Part shown: piece after piece, positions 17,621-27,368 of the stretch
Numbering within the stretch: the stretch's first letter is position 1
Layout: the number at the start of each line of letters is the position of its first letter
Position numbers and translations under genes: made by a program
NCBI GenBank assembly: GCA_017992555.1
Contig: JAGOOK010000001.1
Coordinates: 100,134-164,133, forward strand
Reading direction: 5' to 3'
Length of the DNA stretch: 64,000 nt
Source of the DNA: Caldisericia bacterium
Lineage (GTDB): Bacteria; Caldisericota; Caldisericia; JAAYUI01
Notes under the pieces: model-generated
Database searches by the model: none
Told to the model about the DNA's origin: nothing
Seen by the model: only the letters and a program-made list of their open reading frames with translations

Positions 17621-18757
17621 ATGAAAAGAAAATACTGGACCGATCCGGAACGGCTTGACTACGAAGTCGACCTCATCCCAATAGGCGGAAATGAATTTAT
17701 TATGGAGCCGGTTGTGTTCCATCCAGATGAGGGAGGGCAACCCCCAGATCGTGGAACTGTCGACAGTGCAAATGTTCTGGACGTTCAGTTCAAAAATGGA
17801 AAGGTTTGCGTAAAGCTGGACAAAGACCTAGCACCCGGGAAGCACACGGCAAGAGTTGACCCCCACACAAGGCTGGAGAACAGCAGACAGCATACCGCCC
17901 AGCATATAATCTCGGCAATTGCAGAGAGAGAATACAAAACACCTACTCATGGATTCCATATCGGGGATGCTACCTCAACGCTCGACCTGAAAAATCCAAT
18001 AAATATCGTTCAGACCGAGGATATCGAGATGCAGGCAAACAGAATTGTCATGATGGACATTCAAGTCACAACGACCTTTGGCGCCCCAGGTGATGGGGCA
18101 AGAGTAAGGGAAGATTTGCTGGGCGAGAATAAGGATGACCTGAGGATTGTGAGCATAGGGAACATTGATACATCGGCTTGCTGTGGCACCCATTGCGTCT
18201 CAACCGGAAAGGTTGGCCCGATAAAAATTGTTTCCATCGAAGGCCACAAAGGTGGCTCCAGAATAACCTATCTTGCCGGGGAGAGATGTATTGCCCACCT
18301 CCAGAAACAGGACAGAATAATCAGACAACTGAAAGAAATATCCACGACAGGTGTTGAGGAATTACCCCAAGCCTTCCAGAAATACATCGACCAAACCCAA
18401 TCATTTCAAAAAAAAATAAACAGGCTCTGGGAAATTTTGCTCCCAACCGAGGCTGAAAAAGCAGAAAAACATCAAACAAGATTTGGCGAGCTGGCTGTAC
18501 TCAAAACTGACACACCATCAAAGCTCCTGGGCAAGCTGTCTGCAATCATTGCCAACAATACAAAGCTCCCAGTGGTTGTTTTTACTGGCTCCCAGCCACA
18601 GCAGGTGAGTGTTGTTTCGCAGAACGGGAACGCAAAAGAAATAATTGCTGCAATCGCGGTAAGTTTTGATGGCAGGGGTGGAGGTTCTCCAAACTCGGCC
18701 TCCGGGCAAACAAGCAAGCTGGCCGATACAGATGGAATCATCAAATGTCTATCTTAA
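17621..18757 (+). CDS. alanyl-tRNA editing protein (AlaX-L type: tRNA_SAD editing domain plus DHHA1-like C-terminus)
   Basis: HTAQHIISAI ... H ... CCGTHC zinc/editing motifs. C-terminal GGRGGGSPNSASGQ as in the AlaRS C-terminal/DHHA1 domain. Preferred start is ATG 17621 (MKRKYWTDPE). Confidence 0.8.
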   Translation: MKRKYWTDPERLDYEVDLIPIGGNEFIMEPVVFHPDEGGQPPDRGTVDSANVLDVQFKNGKVCVKLDKDLAPGKHTARVDPHTRLENSRQHTAQHIISAIAEREYKTPTHGFHIGDATSTLDLKNPINIVQTEDIEMQANRIVMMDIQVTTTFGAPGDGARVREDLLGENKDDLRIVSIGNIDTSACCGTHCVSTGKVGPIKIVSIEGHKGGSRITYLAGERCIAHLQKQDRIIRQLKEISTTGVEELPQAFQKYIDQTQSFQKKINRLWEILLPTEAEKAEKHQTRFGELAVLKTDTPSKLLGKLSAIIANNTKLPVVVFTGSQPQQVSVVSQNGNAKEIIAAIAVSFDGRGGGSPNSASGQTSKLADTDGIIKCLS

Positions 18758-18806
18758 TGCCAAATTAAACTAGGAATATCGAAATTTTGGCATTTGATTG
18801 TTTTTT
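18756..18806 (+). terminator. possible hairpin terminator between convergent genes
   Basis: AATGCCAAA (18756-18764) pairs with TTTGGCATT (18786-18794) around a 21-nt loop, followed by a T-run (about 18800-18806). The large loop makes this weak. Confidence 0.3.
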
Positions 18807-18945
18807 GGCAATACAACCCCCCATCTTCACCAGGGAGCTTCGAAAACTCTAATTATTTTTTTTGATAGCCATCACCTCTACCAAAAGTACCAGCAAAACT
18901 CTCTGATGAAAACGGTTGGGGCAGATCTAGGAGCTATAAAACCAG

Positions 18946-19257
18946 TTAGCCTTTTGAGCTCCTGGAGTTGAAGCCGTAACTTCTTTCTTCCTGTATGGTT
19001 CCATCAAGCTTGTGCACTCTCAGGGAGCCACCACCATGGTTTTTTATATAATCGGAGGCTTTTTTCAAAAGATCGTCTTTTGTCGACGCATGCATCATAA
19101 CTTTTTCTGTATCAACTTTTTTAACAATCCATTTCTTTTCTTTGTCCGGAACGAGATGGTACTGAGCATGCTTTACACTCGCATTGTGTGCCACCTGTAA
19201 AGCTGGCTTTGTAGAAGTTTTTGTTTTCCTCTTTAAAACTCTGCTTTTCTGGACCAT
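18946..19257 (-). CDS. DUF2188-like small protein
   Basis: The ORF runs to 19308. I prefer ATG 19257, preceded by AAGGAGGggta. The sequence HLVPDKEKKWIVKKVDTEKVMMHASTKDDLLKKASDYIKNHGGGSLRVHKLDGTIQEERSYG fits the DUF2188 pattern. Confidence 0.6.
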   Translation of the reverse strand: MVQKSRVLKRKTKTSTKPALQVAHNASVKHAQYHLVPDKEKKWIVKKVDTEKVMMHASTKDDLLKKASDYIKNHGGGSLRVHKLDGTIQEERSYGFNSRSSKG

Positions 19258-19555
19258 TACCCCTCCTTTGGAGTGATATGCTAGATTGTACACATCTGGC
19301 AGGGGCAAGTTGTTACCGAAAAATCACTTATTGATTCACGCCAAGTCTTTGGCCAGGATTCTGTCCGTGTTTTGAATAAAACTGCAAAAATCACCTTTTA
19401 TTGTATTTTTGTGATAAATTATACAAAAAGATCATTGATATGCCAGTATTTTAATTGTGACAATTTTGTGGTACATGGCCACAAGAAACAATCTGTTATT
19501 AGTACTATTTGTATCCAGAAATTTTGTTACAATGTTGGCAAGGAGAGGTGCCTAA

Positions 19556-19999
19556 ATGGAAGAATGTTTTTTGAAATTGACTGACCCGGATGATTTCCCA
19601 GATAGTAGCAAGGTTGAAAGATGGTTAGGCAAGGCATTCACCTTCTGGAAGCAGATATCAGACCTGATTGATCAAAAATACCCTGGCGTTTTCACCCCTG
19701 AATGGTTATATGCTGGAAAAAAGCACGGCTGGTCACTTCGATACAAAAAGAACAAATCATTCTGCACGATGATTCCAGGAAAAGATCGACTGGCCATTCA
19801 GATCGTATTTGGCAAAGATGAGCGTTCCAAGGTTGAGGAAATAAAAGAAAATTTGTCCAGCAGAACAAAAAATGCCTACGAGAGTGCAACAACATACCAC
19901 GATGGGAAGTGGCTCTTGCTGAATGTTGATGGCGAAGATATCATCCGTGACATAGAGGTCCTTCTTGTCACAAAGAGGAAACCAAAGAATTCGAAATGA
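19556..19999 (+). CDS. DUF3788-like protein
   Basis: 147-aa ORF. AGKKHGWSLRYKKNKSFCTMIPGKDRLAIQIVFG ... YHDGKWLLLNV. RBS AAGGAGAGG lies upstream, and an extended -10 (TGtTACAAT, 19525-19533) lies upstream of that. Confidence 0.55.
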   Translation: MEECFLKLTDPDDFPDSSKVERWLGKAFTFWKQISDLIDQKYPGVFTPEWLYAGKKHGWSLRYKKNKSFCTMIPGKDRLAIQIVFGKDERSKVEEIKENLSSRTKNAYESATTYHDGKWLLLNVDGEDIIRDIEVLLVTKRKPKNSK

Positions 20000-20151
20000 A
20001 ATGCTTACGTTTTTTTCAATAGCTGGCAAAATGCAACACAAAAAATCATTGGCCAATTATTAGTGTATTTTTCTTACAAGAAAAATGGAGTCGTTTTTTT
20101 GAGGAATAAATATTGTGACCGACGAGTAATTGAGGGGGTTCCTCCTAATAC

Positions 20152-20226
20152 TGGCTCCCCGACGAGGATTTGAACCTCGAACCTACTGGTTAACAGCCAG
20201 CCGCTCTGCCGTTGAGCTATCGGGGA
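20152..20226 (-). tRNA. tRNA-Asn (anticodon GTT), CCA encoded
   Basis: Reverse complement TCCCCGATAGCTCAACGGCAGAGCGGCTGGCTGTTAACCAGTAGGTTCGAGGTTCAAATCCTCGTCGGGGAGCCA. Acceptor TCCCCGA/TCGGGGA, anticodon loop CTGTTAA, T-loop GGTTCAAATCC. Confidence 0.9.
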
Positions 20227-20238
20227 GTAGCGTAGGGC

Positions 20239-20266
20239 ATTATATCCGCCGAGGGCACCATGTCAA
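20239..20266 (-). promoter_or_regulatory. consensus sigma-70 promoter for tRNA-Asn
   Basis: On the minus strand: TTGACA (20266-20261), a 16-nt spacer, then TATAAT (20244-20239). The -10 ends 12 nt upstream of the mature tRNA 5' end. Confidence 0.65.
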
Positions 20267-20335
20267 GAATGAAAGGTTATAAAACAATTATTGGCATGAA
20301 CGCGAGCCTCTGGCAGGTTTATCTCGACCTCAGGT

Positions 20336-21049
20336 TCAGCTTCCTCCTGGGTCGAAACAGTACCCTACTTTGTGGATCGTTCTTATCATTGAAGATGAAA
20401 ACGATTTGTCTTCAATCTTTTTTCTGAGTTTGTTCACATGAACATCTACTGTCCTGCAATCTACGAGAGACTGTTTTTTCCAAATCTTGGTAAAAAGCTC
20501 TTCACGTGTGAAAACCCTTCCAGGATTACTCATCAGGAGCCACAACAGTTCAAACTCCTTGACGGTTAGATGTATGCGTCTGTTGCCTTTGAGGACAGAG
20601 TGCGCCTTTGAATCAACAACCATGTCATCAAAAACGATTTCTTCTTTTGATTTTGCTGGAGCAGAAAGATAGTGACAGCGTCTAATAAGACCCCTTATTC
20701 TGGCAACCAATTCGTTAAGGGAAAAAGGTTTGGTCAAATAATCATCGGCACCTGATGAAATACCAAGGACTTTGTCTACTTCAGAGCTTTTTGCTGTGAG
20801 CATAAGGACAGGGGTATTTGAACGCTTCCTGACCTGCCTGCATATTTCAATCCCGTCCATGTCCTGGAGCATCAGGTCGAGTATGAGAACGTCAGGTTCA
20901 TTCTGGCTGAATTTAAAAAGACCGTCTTGCCCTGTTTCTGAATGGAAGACTTCAAATCCTTCGGATTTAAGTCTCAGTTCTACAAGTCGGGCAATCTCCC
21001 TGTCATCTTCGATAATTAATATCCGATTATGTAACTTTCTGTCCGTCAC
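20336..21049 (-). CDS. OmpR/PhoB-family response regulator (no adjacent histidine kinase)
   Basis: 237-aa ORF. Receiver domain (ILIIEDD ... DVLILDLMLQDMDG ... LTAK ... GADDYLTKPF) plus a winged-helix output (LTVKEFELLWLL ... VDVHVNKLRKKI ... IRTIHKVGYCF). Confidence 0.9.
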   Translation of the reverse strand: MTDRKLHNRILIIEDDREIARLVELRLKSEGFEVFHSETGQDGLFKFSQNEPDVLILDLMLQDMDGIEICRQVRKRSNTPVLMLTAKSSEVDKVLGISSGADDYLTKPFSLNELVARIRGLIRRCHYLSAPAKSKEEIVFDDMVVDSKAHSVLKGNRRIHLTVKEFELLWLLMSNPGRVFTREELFTKIWKKQSLVDCRTVDVHVNKLRKKIEDKSFSSSMIRTIHKVGYCFDPGGS

Positions 21050-21289
21050 ATGTATAAATTTATGTTACAATAATAAGATGTCAAGTGACCGTCAATATTT
21101 CTTTGTTTCTGCGAGATTTTAATAAATATGACTACTTAGATACTTGGCAAAACATATAATCACTCTGCCATTTTTAGGCCAAGTATGAACAATCCAATAT
21201 TTAGCCTACCTTGACAAAATGACTGTGGAAAATTGATCAAGATTTTGTGAGAATACGCACCACACCTATAGCCTCACAGGACAGGACAA

Positions 21290-22516
21290 ATGGTGGAAAA
21301 CATGGAAGATAAGAAAAACAAAAAGGCCATCACCAAGATGGTGGATTTTTTTGGTCTTAAAAAAAGCATTGTCGGCATGCTCTCAATGGTTGTTCTTGTT
21401 GGGGTTGGCGAGCACATGGCAGAGAAATTCCTACCACTTTATATGGTTTTTCTTGGTGGTGGTTTTATTTCAGTTGGTGTTCTCAATTTTATGGACAATT
21501 TTCTTGGGGCCATATATTCATTCCCTGGTGGCTATCTTGCAGACAGAATAGGCACAAAGAAATCCCTCCTTGTTTTCAACCTCATTGCAATAGCTGGATA
21601 TTTGCTTGTGATAATTTTCCCTTCTTGGCCGGTAGTTTTGGCTGCAGCAACGCTCTTCCTTTCATGGACGGCCATATCGCTTCCGGCCACAATGGGCCTG
21701 GTCTCAAAAGCACTGCCAAAAAACAAAAGAACGATGGGTGTGTCATTGCATTCGCTCATTAGAAGATTGCCAATGATATTTGGCCCAATGCTTGGCGGGT
21801 GGCTGATAAAAATCTATGGCACGGAGCTTGGTATAAGATACTCATTCACAGTGGCACTGGTGCTTGCGCTGGTTGCCGCTGTGCTCCAGCAGATCCTGAT
21901 CGAAGAGGACAACGGTAAAAAGAAAGAAGAGATGACTTCTTCAGGTCTCAGGCATTTGTACAGGCTGATGAGCCCAGAATTGAAGAAACTGCTTGTTTCA
22001 GACATTTTGATCAGGATTTGTGAACAGATACCACAAGCTTTTGTTGTTCTGTACGTCATTGGGGTTGCCGGGAGAGTTGGCATAACAGATTCACTGGGGT
22101 TTGGTTTTTTGACTGCAATCGAAATGGTAACAGCAATCCTTATCTACATTCCTGTCGCTTACTTTGCTGACAAAACCAGAAAGAAACCGTTTGTTGTGGC
22201 AACTTTTGCTTTCTTCACGCTGTTCCCGGTCATTCTCCTTGGCTCAAAATCCTTCCCAATGCTCATTGTTGCATTTATAATTAAAGGACTCAAGGAGTTT
22301 GGCGAACCAACCAGGAAGGCGCTTATAATGGACCTGGCACCGGAAAACCACAAAGCGGGAATGTTTGGTCTCTATTACCTCATAAGAGACTTGATCGTGT
22401 CTGTTTTCGCGTTTCTGGGTGGAGTGTTATGGATGGATAAACCCGACTATAAACCTCATAACAGCGGCAATTTTTGGGGTCATAGGCACACTTTGGTTCG
22501 CTTTTTATGGCACTGA
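21290..22516 (+). CDS. MFS transporter (3' end possibly frameshifted; see findings)
   Basis: 408-aa ORF with many hydrophobic helices and an MFS-type loop (GGYLADRIGTKKS). The last ~27 aa (MDKPDYKPHNSGNFWGHRHTLVRFLWH) are not helix-like, while the +1 frame encodes a good TM helix running to 22556. Confidence 0.8.
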   Translation: MVENMEDKKNKKAITKMVDFFGLKKSIVGMLSMVVLVGVGEHMAEKFLPLYMVFLGGGFISVGVLNFMDNFLGAIYSFPGGYLADRIGTKKSLLVFNLIAIAGYLLVIIFPSWPVVLAAATLFLSWTAISLPATMGLVSKALPKNKRTMGVSLHSLIRRLPMIFGPMLGGWLIKIYGTELGIRYSFTVALVLALVAAVLQQILIEEDNGKKKEEMTSSGLRHLYRLMSPELKKLLVSDILIRICEQIPQAFVVLYVIGVAGRVGITDSLGFGFLTAIEMVTAILIYIPVAYFADKTRKKPFVVATFAFFTLFPVILLGSKSFPMLIVAFIIKGLKEFGEPTRKALIMDLAPENHKAGMFGLYYLIRDLIVSVFAFLGGVLWMDKPDYKPHNSGNFWGHRHTLVRFLWH

Positions 22517-22602
22517 CCTGCCGACCGGGCAAATTGCCACTCATGAAATCAAATAAGCTTGCAACCATAATGTTTCTTTTCACAAAATCATTTTGGTTTT
22601 GC

Positions 22603-22630
22603 TTGACTTTATCCCACGTGACGTGATAAT
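22603..22630 (+). promoter_or_regulatory. sigma-70-like promoter upstream of hpf
   Basis: TTGACT (22603-22608), a 16-nt spacer, then GATAAT (22625-22630). It lies about 35 nt upstream of the AAGGAGG RBS and ATG 22665. Confidence 0.4.
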
Positions 22631-22664
22631 TATTGATTCAAGGTCACGAAAGGAGGCACACAAT

Positions 22665-23192
22665 ATGCGTATACAGGTAACCGGTAGAAACGTAACGGTA
22701 AGCAATGAGCTCAGTTCGTACGCGCAGGAGAAGATTGGAAAACTCGAGAGGTATTTCGATGGTATTCAGGACGCCCAGGTTCTTTTCACCGAACAAAAAA
22801 CAGTCAAAATTTGTGAGGTGACGATGAAAGCGTCCGGCAAAATCATCCGTGCCGAGTACAGGGGCTCAGAGTTTTTGGAAGCGGTAGACTTCGTGGCCGA
22901 GAAGCTTGAAAGGCAAATCCGCCGTTACAAAGAGAAGTTCCAGGAGAGGAGAAAAGAAGGCTCAAAAGAAGTAGAACCAGTTTTTGTGAAGCAGGAACAG
23001 GCATCACAGTCGAAGATCGTAAGGGTAAAAGAAGTACCGGTAAAACAGATGAACTTCGAAGAGGCGATCATGCAGATGGAACTGCTGTCACACGACTTCT
23101 TCGTGTTCTACAACCCTGATTCCAAGAGGCTGAACATCCTTTACAGAAGGAAAGATGGTGATTTGGGAATCCTTGAGCCGATTGAAGCTTGA
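22665..23192 (+). CDS. hpf: ribosome hibernation promoting factor, long form
   Basis: MRIQVTGRNVTVSNELSSYAQEKIGKLERYF (S30AE domain) plus a C-terminal dimerisation domain (FEEAIMQMELLSHDFFVFYNPDSKRLNILYRRKDGDLGILEP). ATG 22665 follows AAGGAGG. Confidence 0.9.
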   Translation: MRIQVTGRNVTVSNELSSYAQEKIGKLERYFDGIQDAQVLFTEQKTVKICEVTMKASGKIIRAEYRGSEFLEAVDFVAEKLERQIRRYKEKFQERRKEGSKEVEPVFVKQEQASQSKIVRVKEVPVKQMNFEEAIMQMELLSHDFFVFYNPDSKRLNILYRRKDGDLGILEPIEA

Positions 23193-23668
23193 TGAAATTA
23201 AGAGAGCTTGTTAAAAAGCTAAACTTTTGGGATAGCGTAATAGTTGGTTTTGTAGTGCTGACCGTGGGCCTGTTTGGATACAGCGTTTACGTGAAAGCGG
23301 TCCAGCCGCCGGCAAAAACAATCGAAATCAAAGTAAAGGCCGGCAACCTCTATCAGGAGGTTGCCTATTCCATTTCTGCCGGAGACTTCATTGTGGACAG
23401 GGACGGAAGGCCTTTCTTCAAAATCAGCCAGATTGACGAGCTGAGAAATGCAAAACAGGCTGTGGTCAAATGGGACGGGCAGATGATTTCTGCTGACAAT
23501 CCCGAACTTTACTCTGTCGAGTTCACCGCCCAGTCTGTGAACCCTAAATTCAAGGGAAGCAATTTATTTTACAACTGGGAACTAGTCAAGCCCGGAAGGA
23601 CTATGTATATGGAGACGGAGAAAACCGGGTTTATGGCGGTAATCATCTCAGTTGGTGAGGAAAAATAA
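23192..23668 (+). CDS. membrane-anchored hypothetical protein (possibly DUF4330-like)
   Basis: About 158 aa with one N-terminal TM helix (FWDSVIVGFVVLTVGLFGYSVYV) and then a beta-rich soluble part. Sits between hpf and secA, with a 1-nt overlap and a 3-nt gap. Confidence 0.5.
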   Translation: MKLRELVKKLNFWDSVIVGFVVLTVGLFGYSVYVKAVQPPAKTIEIKVKAGNLYQEVAYSISAGDFIVDRDGRPFFKISQIDELRNAKQAVVKWDGQMISADNPELYSVEFTAQSVNPKFKGSNLFYNWELVKPGRTMYMETEKTGFMAVIISVGEEK

Positions 23669-23671
23669 TAA

Positions 23672-26251
23672 ATGAGCATACTGTCGAAGTTATTCGACTC
23701 GTCCGAAAAGTTCCTCGGACGGGCAAGACCACTTGTGTCACAAATCAGTGCACTGGAACCAGAATATGAAGAACTTTCCGACGAGGAAATAAGAGCAAGA
23801 ATAAGCGAAATAAAGCAACAGGTCGCAAATGGCCAGAGGCTTGATGACGTCCTTGTGCCGACTTTCGCTTTTGTAAGGGAAGCCGCAAAAAGGACCCTCA
23901 GCCAGAGACCATTTGATACACAAATGATCGGTGGAATGGTCCTCCACTCGGGAAGAATAGCCGAAATGAAAACTGGTGAGGGAAAAACCCTTACCGCAAC
24001 CTTTGCCGCAACACTTAATGCCCTGGAAGGCAAGGGGGTCCATGTTGTTACCGTAAACGACTACCTTGCAAAACGTGACAGGGAATGGATGGGCAAGGTA
24101 TACGAATTCCTGGGGCTAACCGTAGGCTGCATCTACCATGATGCGTCATACGACGATCGCAGGAAGTCTTATAGAAACGACATCACCTATGGGACCAACA
24201 ACGAGTTTGGTTTTGACTATCTCAGGGATAACATGGCAAGACACGTTTCCCAGCTTGTTCAGCGAGAACTCCACTACGCCATCGTCGATGAAGTCGACAG
24301 CATCCTCGTCGATGAGGCAAGAACACCGCTCATCATTTCAGGGCCTTCTGAAGAGTCCACCGACCTTTATGAAAAAGCCGACAAGGTCGTCAGGCAGCTC
24401 AGGGAAGAAGACTATAACATCAACGAAAAGGACAAGAATGTCACCCTGACCGAGGCCGGTGTTGAAAGGGCCGAACACATACTGAACGTAAGCAACCTTT
24501 ATGGTCCAGAGAATGTTGAAGTCAACAGGCACATCAGCCAGGCATTGAAGGCACACCATCTCTTCAAAAATGAAGTCGATTACATCGTAAAAGATGGTGA
24601 AGTAATAATCGTCGACGAGTTCACCGGAAGGTTGATGTTTGGCAGAAGATATAGCGATGGTCTCCACCAAGCCATAGAAGCAAAGGAAGGGCTGAAAGTG
24701 AGGGAAGAAAATCAGACCCTCGCCACAATAACCTTCCAGAATTACTTCAGGCTGTTTGACAAGCTGGCCGGCATGACCGGAACTGCAAAGACCGAAGAAG
24801 ATGAATTAAGGGAAATCTATGGGCTTGAAGTCGTTGTCGTGCCAACAAACAAACCCATGATAAGAAAAGACCTCCCGGACATCATCTGGAAAACAGAGGA
24901 CGGAAAATACAAACACATCATTGACGAGATAGTGGATTGCTACAAGAGAGGCCAGCCAGTTCTTGTCGGAACAAGGTCAATCGAGAAATCCGAGAAGCTC
25001 TCGTCAATGCTCCACAAGAAAATGGTCCCTCATGAAGTGCTGAACGCAAAATATCACGAGAAAGAAGCTGCAATAATCGCCAAGGCAGGCCAGATGAACG
25101 CCGTGACCATAGCCACCAACATGGCCGGCCGTGGTGTCGACATTGCGCTTGGCCCTGGAGTGGTTGAACTTGGCGGCTTGCACATTCTGGGAACTGAACG
25201 CCACGAATCAAGACGTATTGACAACCAGCTCAGGGGAAGGTCGGGCAGGCAGGGCGATCCTGGTTCGTCAAGGTTCCATCTTTGCCTTGATGACGAACTC
25301 CTCAGGATCTTTGGTGGTGACAGGCTCAAATCGATGTTCAACTTCCTCAAGATAGAGGAAGACATGCCACTGGAGCACCCACTCCTCACAAAAACAATAG
25401 AGAATGCCCAGCGCAAAGTTGAAACCCACAACTTTGACATAAGAAAATACGTTTTGGAATATGACAACGTATTAAACAAGCAGAGAGAGATCATATATGC
25501 TGAACGCCAGAAGGTGTTGAGTGGTGAGGACCTCTCAGAAACAGTCCTGGCAAATCTCGACAGGGCATGTGATGACATGGTTGCAAACCACGCATCCACA
25601 GAACTTGCCGTGCAAGAATGGGACATCAAGACATTACACTCCGAGCTGATGGACCTGACTGCCGGTGTGGTCAGGGATGTTGAATTTAAAGACAGGGAAG
25701 AACTCCTTGAAAACCTGAAAGAATCTGTCAAGGCCGCCTATAATGACAGGGAAACCAAGTTTGGTCATGAAACAATGCGCGAAATCGAGAGGTTTGTGTT
25801 GCTCTATGTGGTTGACCAGAAGTGGAAAGACCATCTCTACAACATGGACATCCTCAGAGAAGGAATCGGATTGAGGAGTTACGCGCAGAAAAATCCAGTT
25901 CAGGAATACCAGAACGAAGCATTCCTGATGTTCCAGAGGATGCTCAACTCGATTTGGGAAGACACGATCAAGTATCTGTTCAGGGTAGAGCTTCAGGCCG
26001 ACTCAAGCCAGCAACAGAAACAAACAAGAACACGAACCAATGAAGATGATATAAAAACCGCTCCAGCAAAATCATCCAGAGGCGACGAGCCAGAGAGACA
26101 AGGCGAGACATCAAGAACAATGAGGCCTTCATCTGGTGGTCATACTGCCAGTGAGCCAATAAGAAGGCATGGAGACAAAGTCGGCAGAAATGATCCGTGC
26201 CCCTGTGGTTCAGGAAAAAAATACAAGCACTGCTGCGGCGCAGGACAATAG
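23672..26251 (+). CDS. secA: preprotein translocase ATPase SecA
   Basis: 859-aa ORF. DEAD motor motifs ([39 protein letters not shown]) and a C-terminal zinc finger [14 protein letters not shown]. Confidence 0.97.
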   Translation: MSILSKLFDSSEKFLGRARPLVSQISALEPEYEELSDEEIRARISEIKQQVANGQRLDDVLVPTFAFVREAAKRTLSQRPFDTQMIGGMVLHSGRIAEMKTGEGKTLTATFAATLNALEGKGVHVVTVNDYLAKRDREWMGKVYEFLGLTVGCIYHDASYDDRRKSYRNDITYGTNNEFGFDYLRDNMARHVSQLVQRELHYAIVDEVDSILVDEARTPLIISGPSEESTDLYEKADKVVRQLREEDYNINEKDKNVTLTEAGVERAEHILNVSNLYGPENVEVNRHISQALKAHHLFKNEVDYIVKDGEVIIVDEFTGRLMFGRRYSDGLHQAIEAKEGLKVREENQTLATITFQNYFRLFDKLAGMTGTAKTEEDELREIYGLEVVVVPTNKPMIRKDLPDIIWKTEDGKYKHIIDEIVDCYKRGQPVLVGTRSIEKSEKLSSMLHKKMVPHEVLNAKYHEKEAAIIAKAGQMNAVTIATNMAGRGVDIALGPGVVELGGLHILGTERHESRRIDNQLRGRSGRQGDPGSSRFHLCLDDELLRIFGGDRLKSMFNFLKIEEDMPLEHPLLTKTIENAQRKVETHNFDIRKYVLEYDNVLNKQREIIYAERQKVLSGEDLSETVLANLDRACDDMVANHASTELAVQEWDIKTLHSELMDLTAGVVRDVEFKDREELLENLKESVKAAYNDRETKFGHETMREIERFVLLYVVDQKWKDHLYNMDILREGIGLRSYAQKNPVQEYQNEAFLMFQRMLNSIWEDTIKYLFRVELQADSSQQQKQTRTRTNEDDIKTAPAKSSRGDEPERQGETSRTMRPSSGGHTASEPIRRHGDKVGRNDPCPCGSGKKYKHCCGAGQ

Positions 26252-26272
26252 CAGGCAGGCAAGGAAACAACA

Positions 26273-27368
26273 ATGTTGATAGATGAAATACAGAGGTCTA
26301 TAGATCAGGTAAAAGAGCGGCTCAACCAGGCCAAGGAGTTTCTTTGACCCGCTAAAAATCGAACGGGAAAAACTTTCAAAACAGCTGGAATCTCCAGAAG
26401 TATGGAATGATCAGCAAAAAATTGCCGAGACCAACAAAAAAATTGCCATATTCGATATCAAGCTCAATGACCTGGAACAGGCCGAGCATTTCATTGGCGA
26501 AGCCGAAGTGTACATGGAATTTGTCCAGATGGGCGAGGGTTCAGAGAAAGAGCTTCTTGGCGCAATAAAACAGGCCGAGGCAAAAATACAGGAAATAGAA
26601 CTCAAGAACCTCCTTTCCATGGAGCATGACCAGCTCAATGCCTTTGTTTCATTCAGCTCCGGTGCAGGTGGAGTCGACGCCCAGGACTGGACTGAAATGC
26701 TTATGAGGATGTATACAAGGTGGGCAACCAACAAGGGTTTTAAGGTCACTGTCGCTGAATACAGCCCTGGCGATGAGGCTGGTGTCAAGTCGGCAACTCT
26801 CCATATCGAGGGCCCGTATGCCTTTGGCTTCCTCAAGAGTGAAAAGGGCGTCCACAGGTTGGTCAGGATTTCCCCGTTTGACGCTAATCACAGAAGACAC
26901 ACTTCATTTTCACTCGTTGAAGTGCTCCCGGAGCTCCCACAAGCAGAAGATGTTGAAATAAATCCTGATGATTTGAGGATTGACACGTTCAACGCCTCAG
27001 GCCACGGTGGTCAAAACGTCCAAAAGAACGATACTGCTGTCAGAATAACGCATATACCAACCGGCCTTGTGGTGGCATGCCAGAACGAACGCTCGCAGGG
27101 ACTCAACAGGGCCGTGGCCATGAAAATCCTCTCATCAAGATTGCAGGACCTGGCAAATGTCCAGCTTGCAGAGGAAGAAAAAAAGCTCAGGGGGCCAAGG
27201 GTCTCCATCGAATGGGGCAACCAGATACGCTCTTATGTTCTCCAGCCGTACACTCTCGTAAAAGACAACAGGACAGGCTACGAGGTAGGGAGCGTTGACA
27301 GGGTCCTTGAGGGCGATCTAGATGAACTCATCTGGGCCTACCTGAAGTGGGCGGTAAAAAACAAATGA
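26273..27368 (+). CDS. prfB: peptide chain release factor 2, requires a programmed +1 frameshift (26273..26344 joined to 26346..27368)
   Basis: Frame 0 reads MLIDEIQRSIDQVKERLNQAKEFL and then TGA at 26345. The +1 frame continues DPLKIEREKLSKQLESPEVWNDQ... into the 286-aa track ORF, which carries SPF (RISPFD) and GGQ (SGHGGQNVQK). The joined product is about 364 aa. Confidence 0.95.
26334..26348 (+). promoter_or_regulatory. RF2 autoregulatory +1 frameshift site
   Basis: AGGAG (26334-26338), then ttt, then CTT TGA C (26342-26348). This is an internal SD-like element 3 nt upstream of the slippery CUU followed by an in-frame UGA-C, matching the canonical prfB recoding signal. Confidence 0.9.

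Noticed and set aside
18760-20150. An AT-richer stretch with two small accessory-type genes (DUF2188-like, DUF3788-like) abutting the 3' end of tRNA-Asn. Considered as a possible integrated element.
   Set aside because: I found no integrase, recombinase or phage-like gene. I also found no direct repeat of the tRNA 3' end (tggctccccgacgagg...) in the stretch. Compositional difference judged by eye alone is insufficient.
21080-21095. A direct repeat GTCAA-N6-GTCAA with 11-bp periodicity, about 30-45 bp upstream of the orphan OmpR-family regulator gene. Considered as a possible autoregulatory site.
   Set aside because: Two 5-mers are too short to distinguish from chance in an AT-rich intergenic region. 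There is no supporting third repeat or known consensus.
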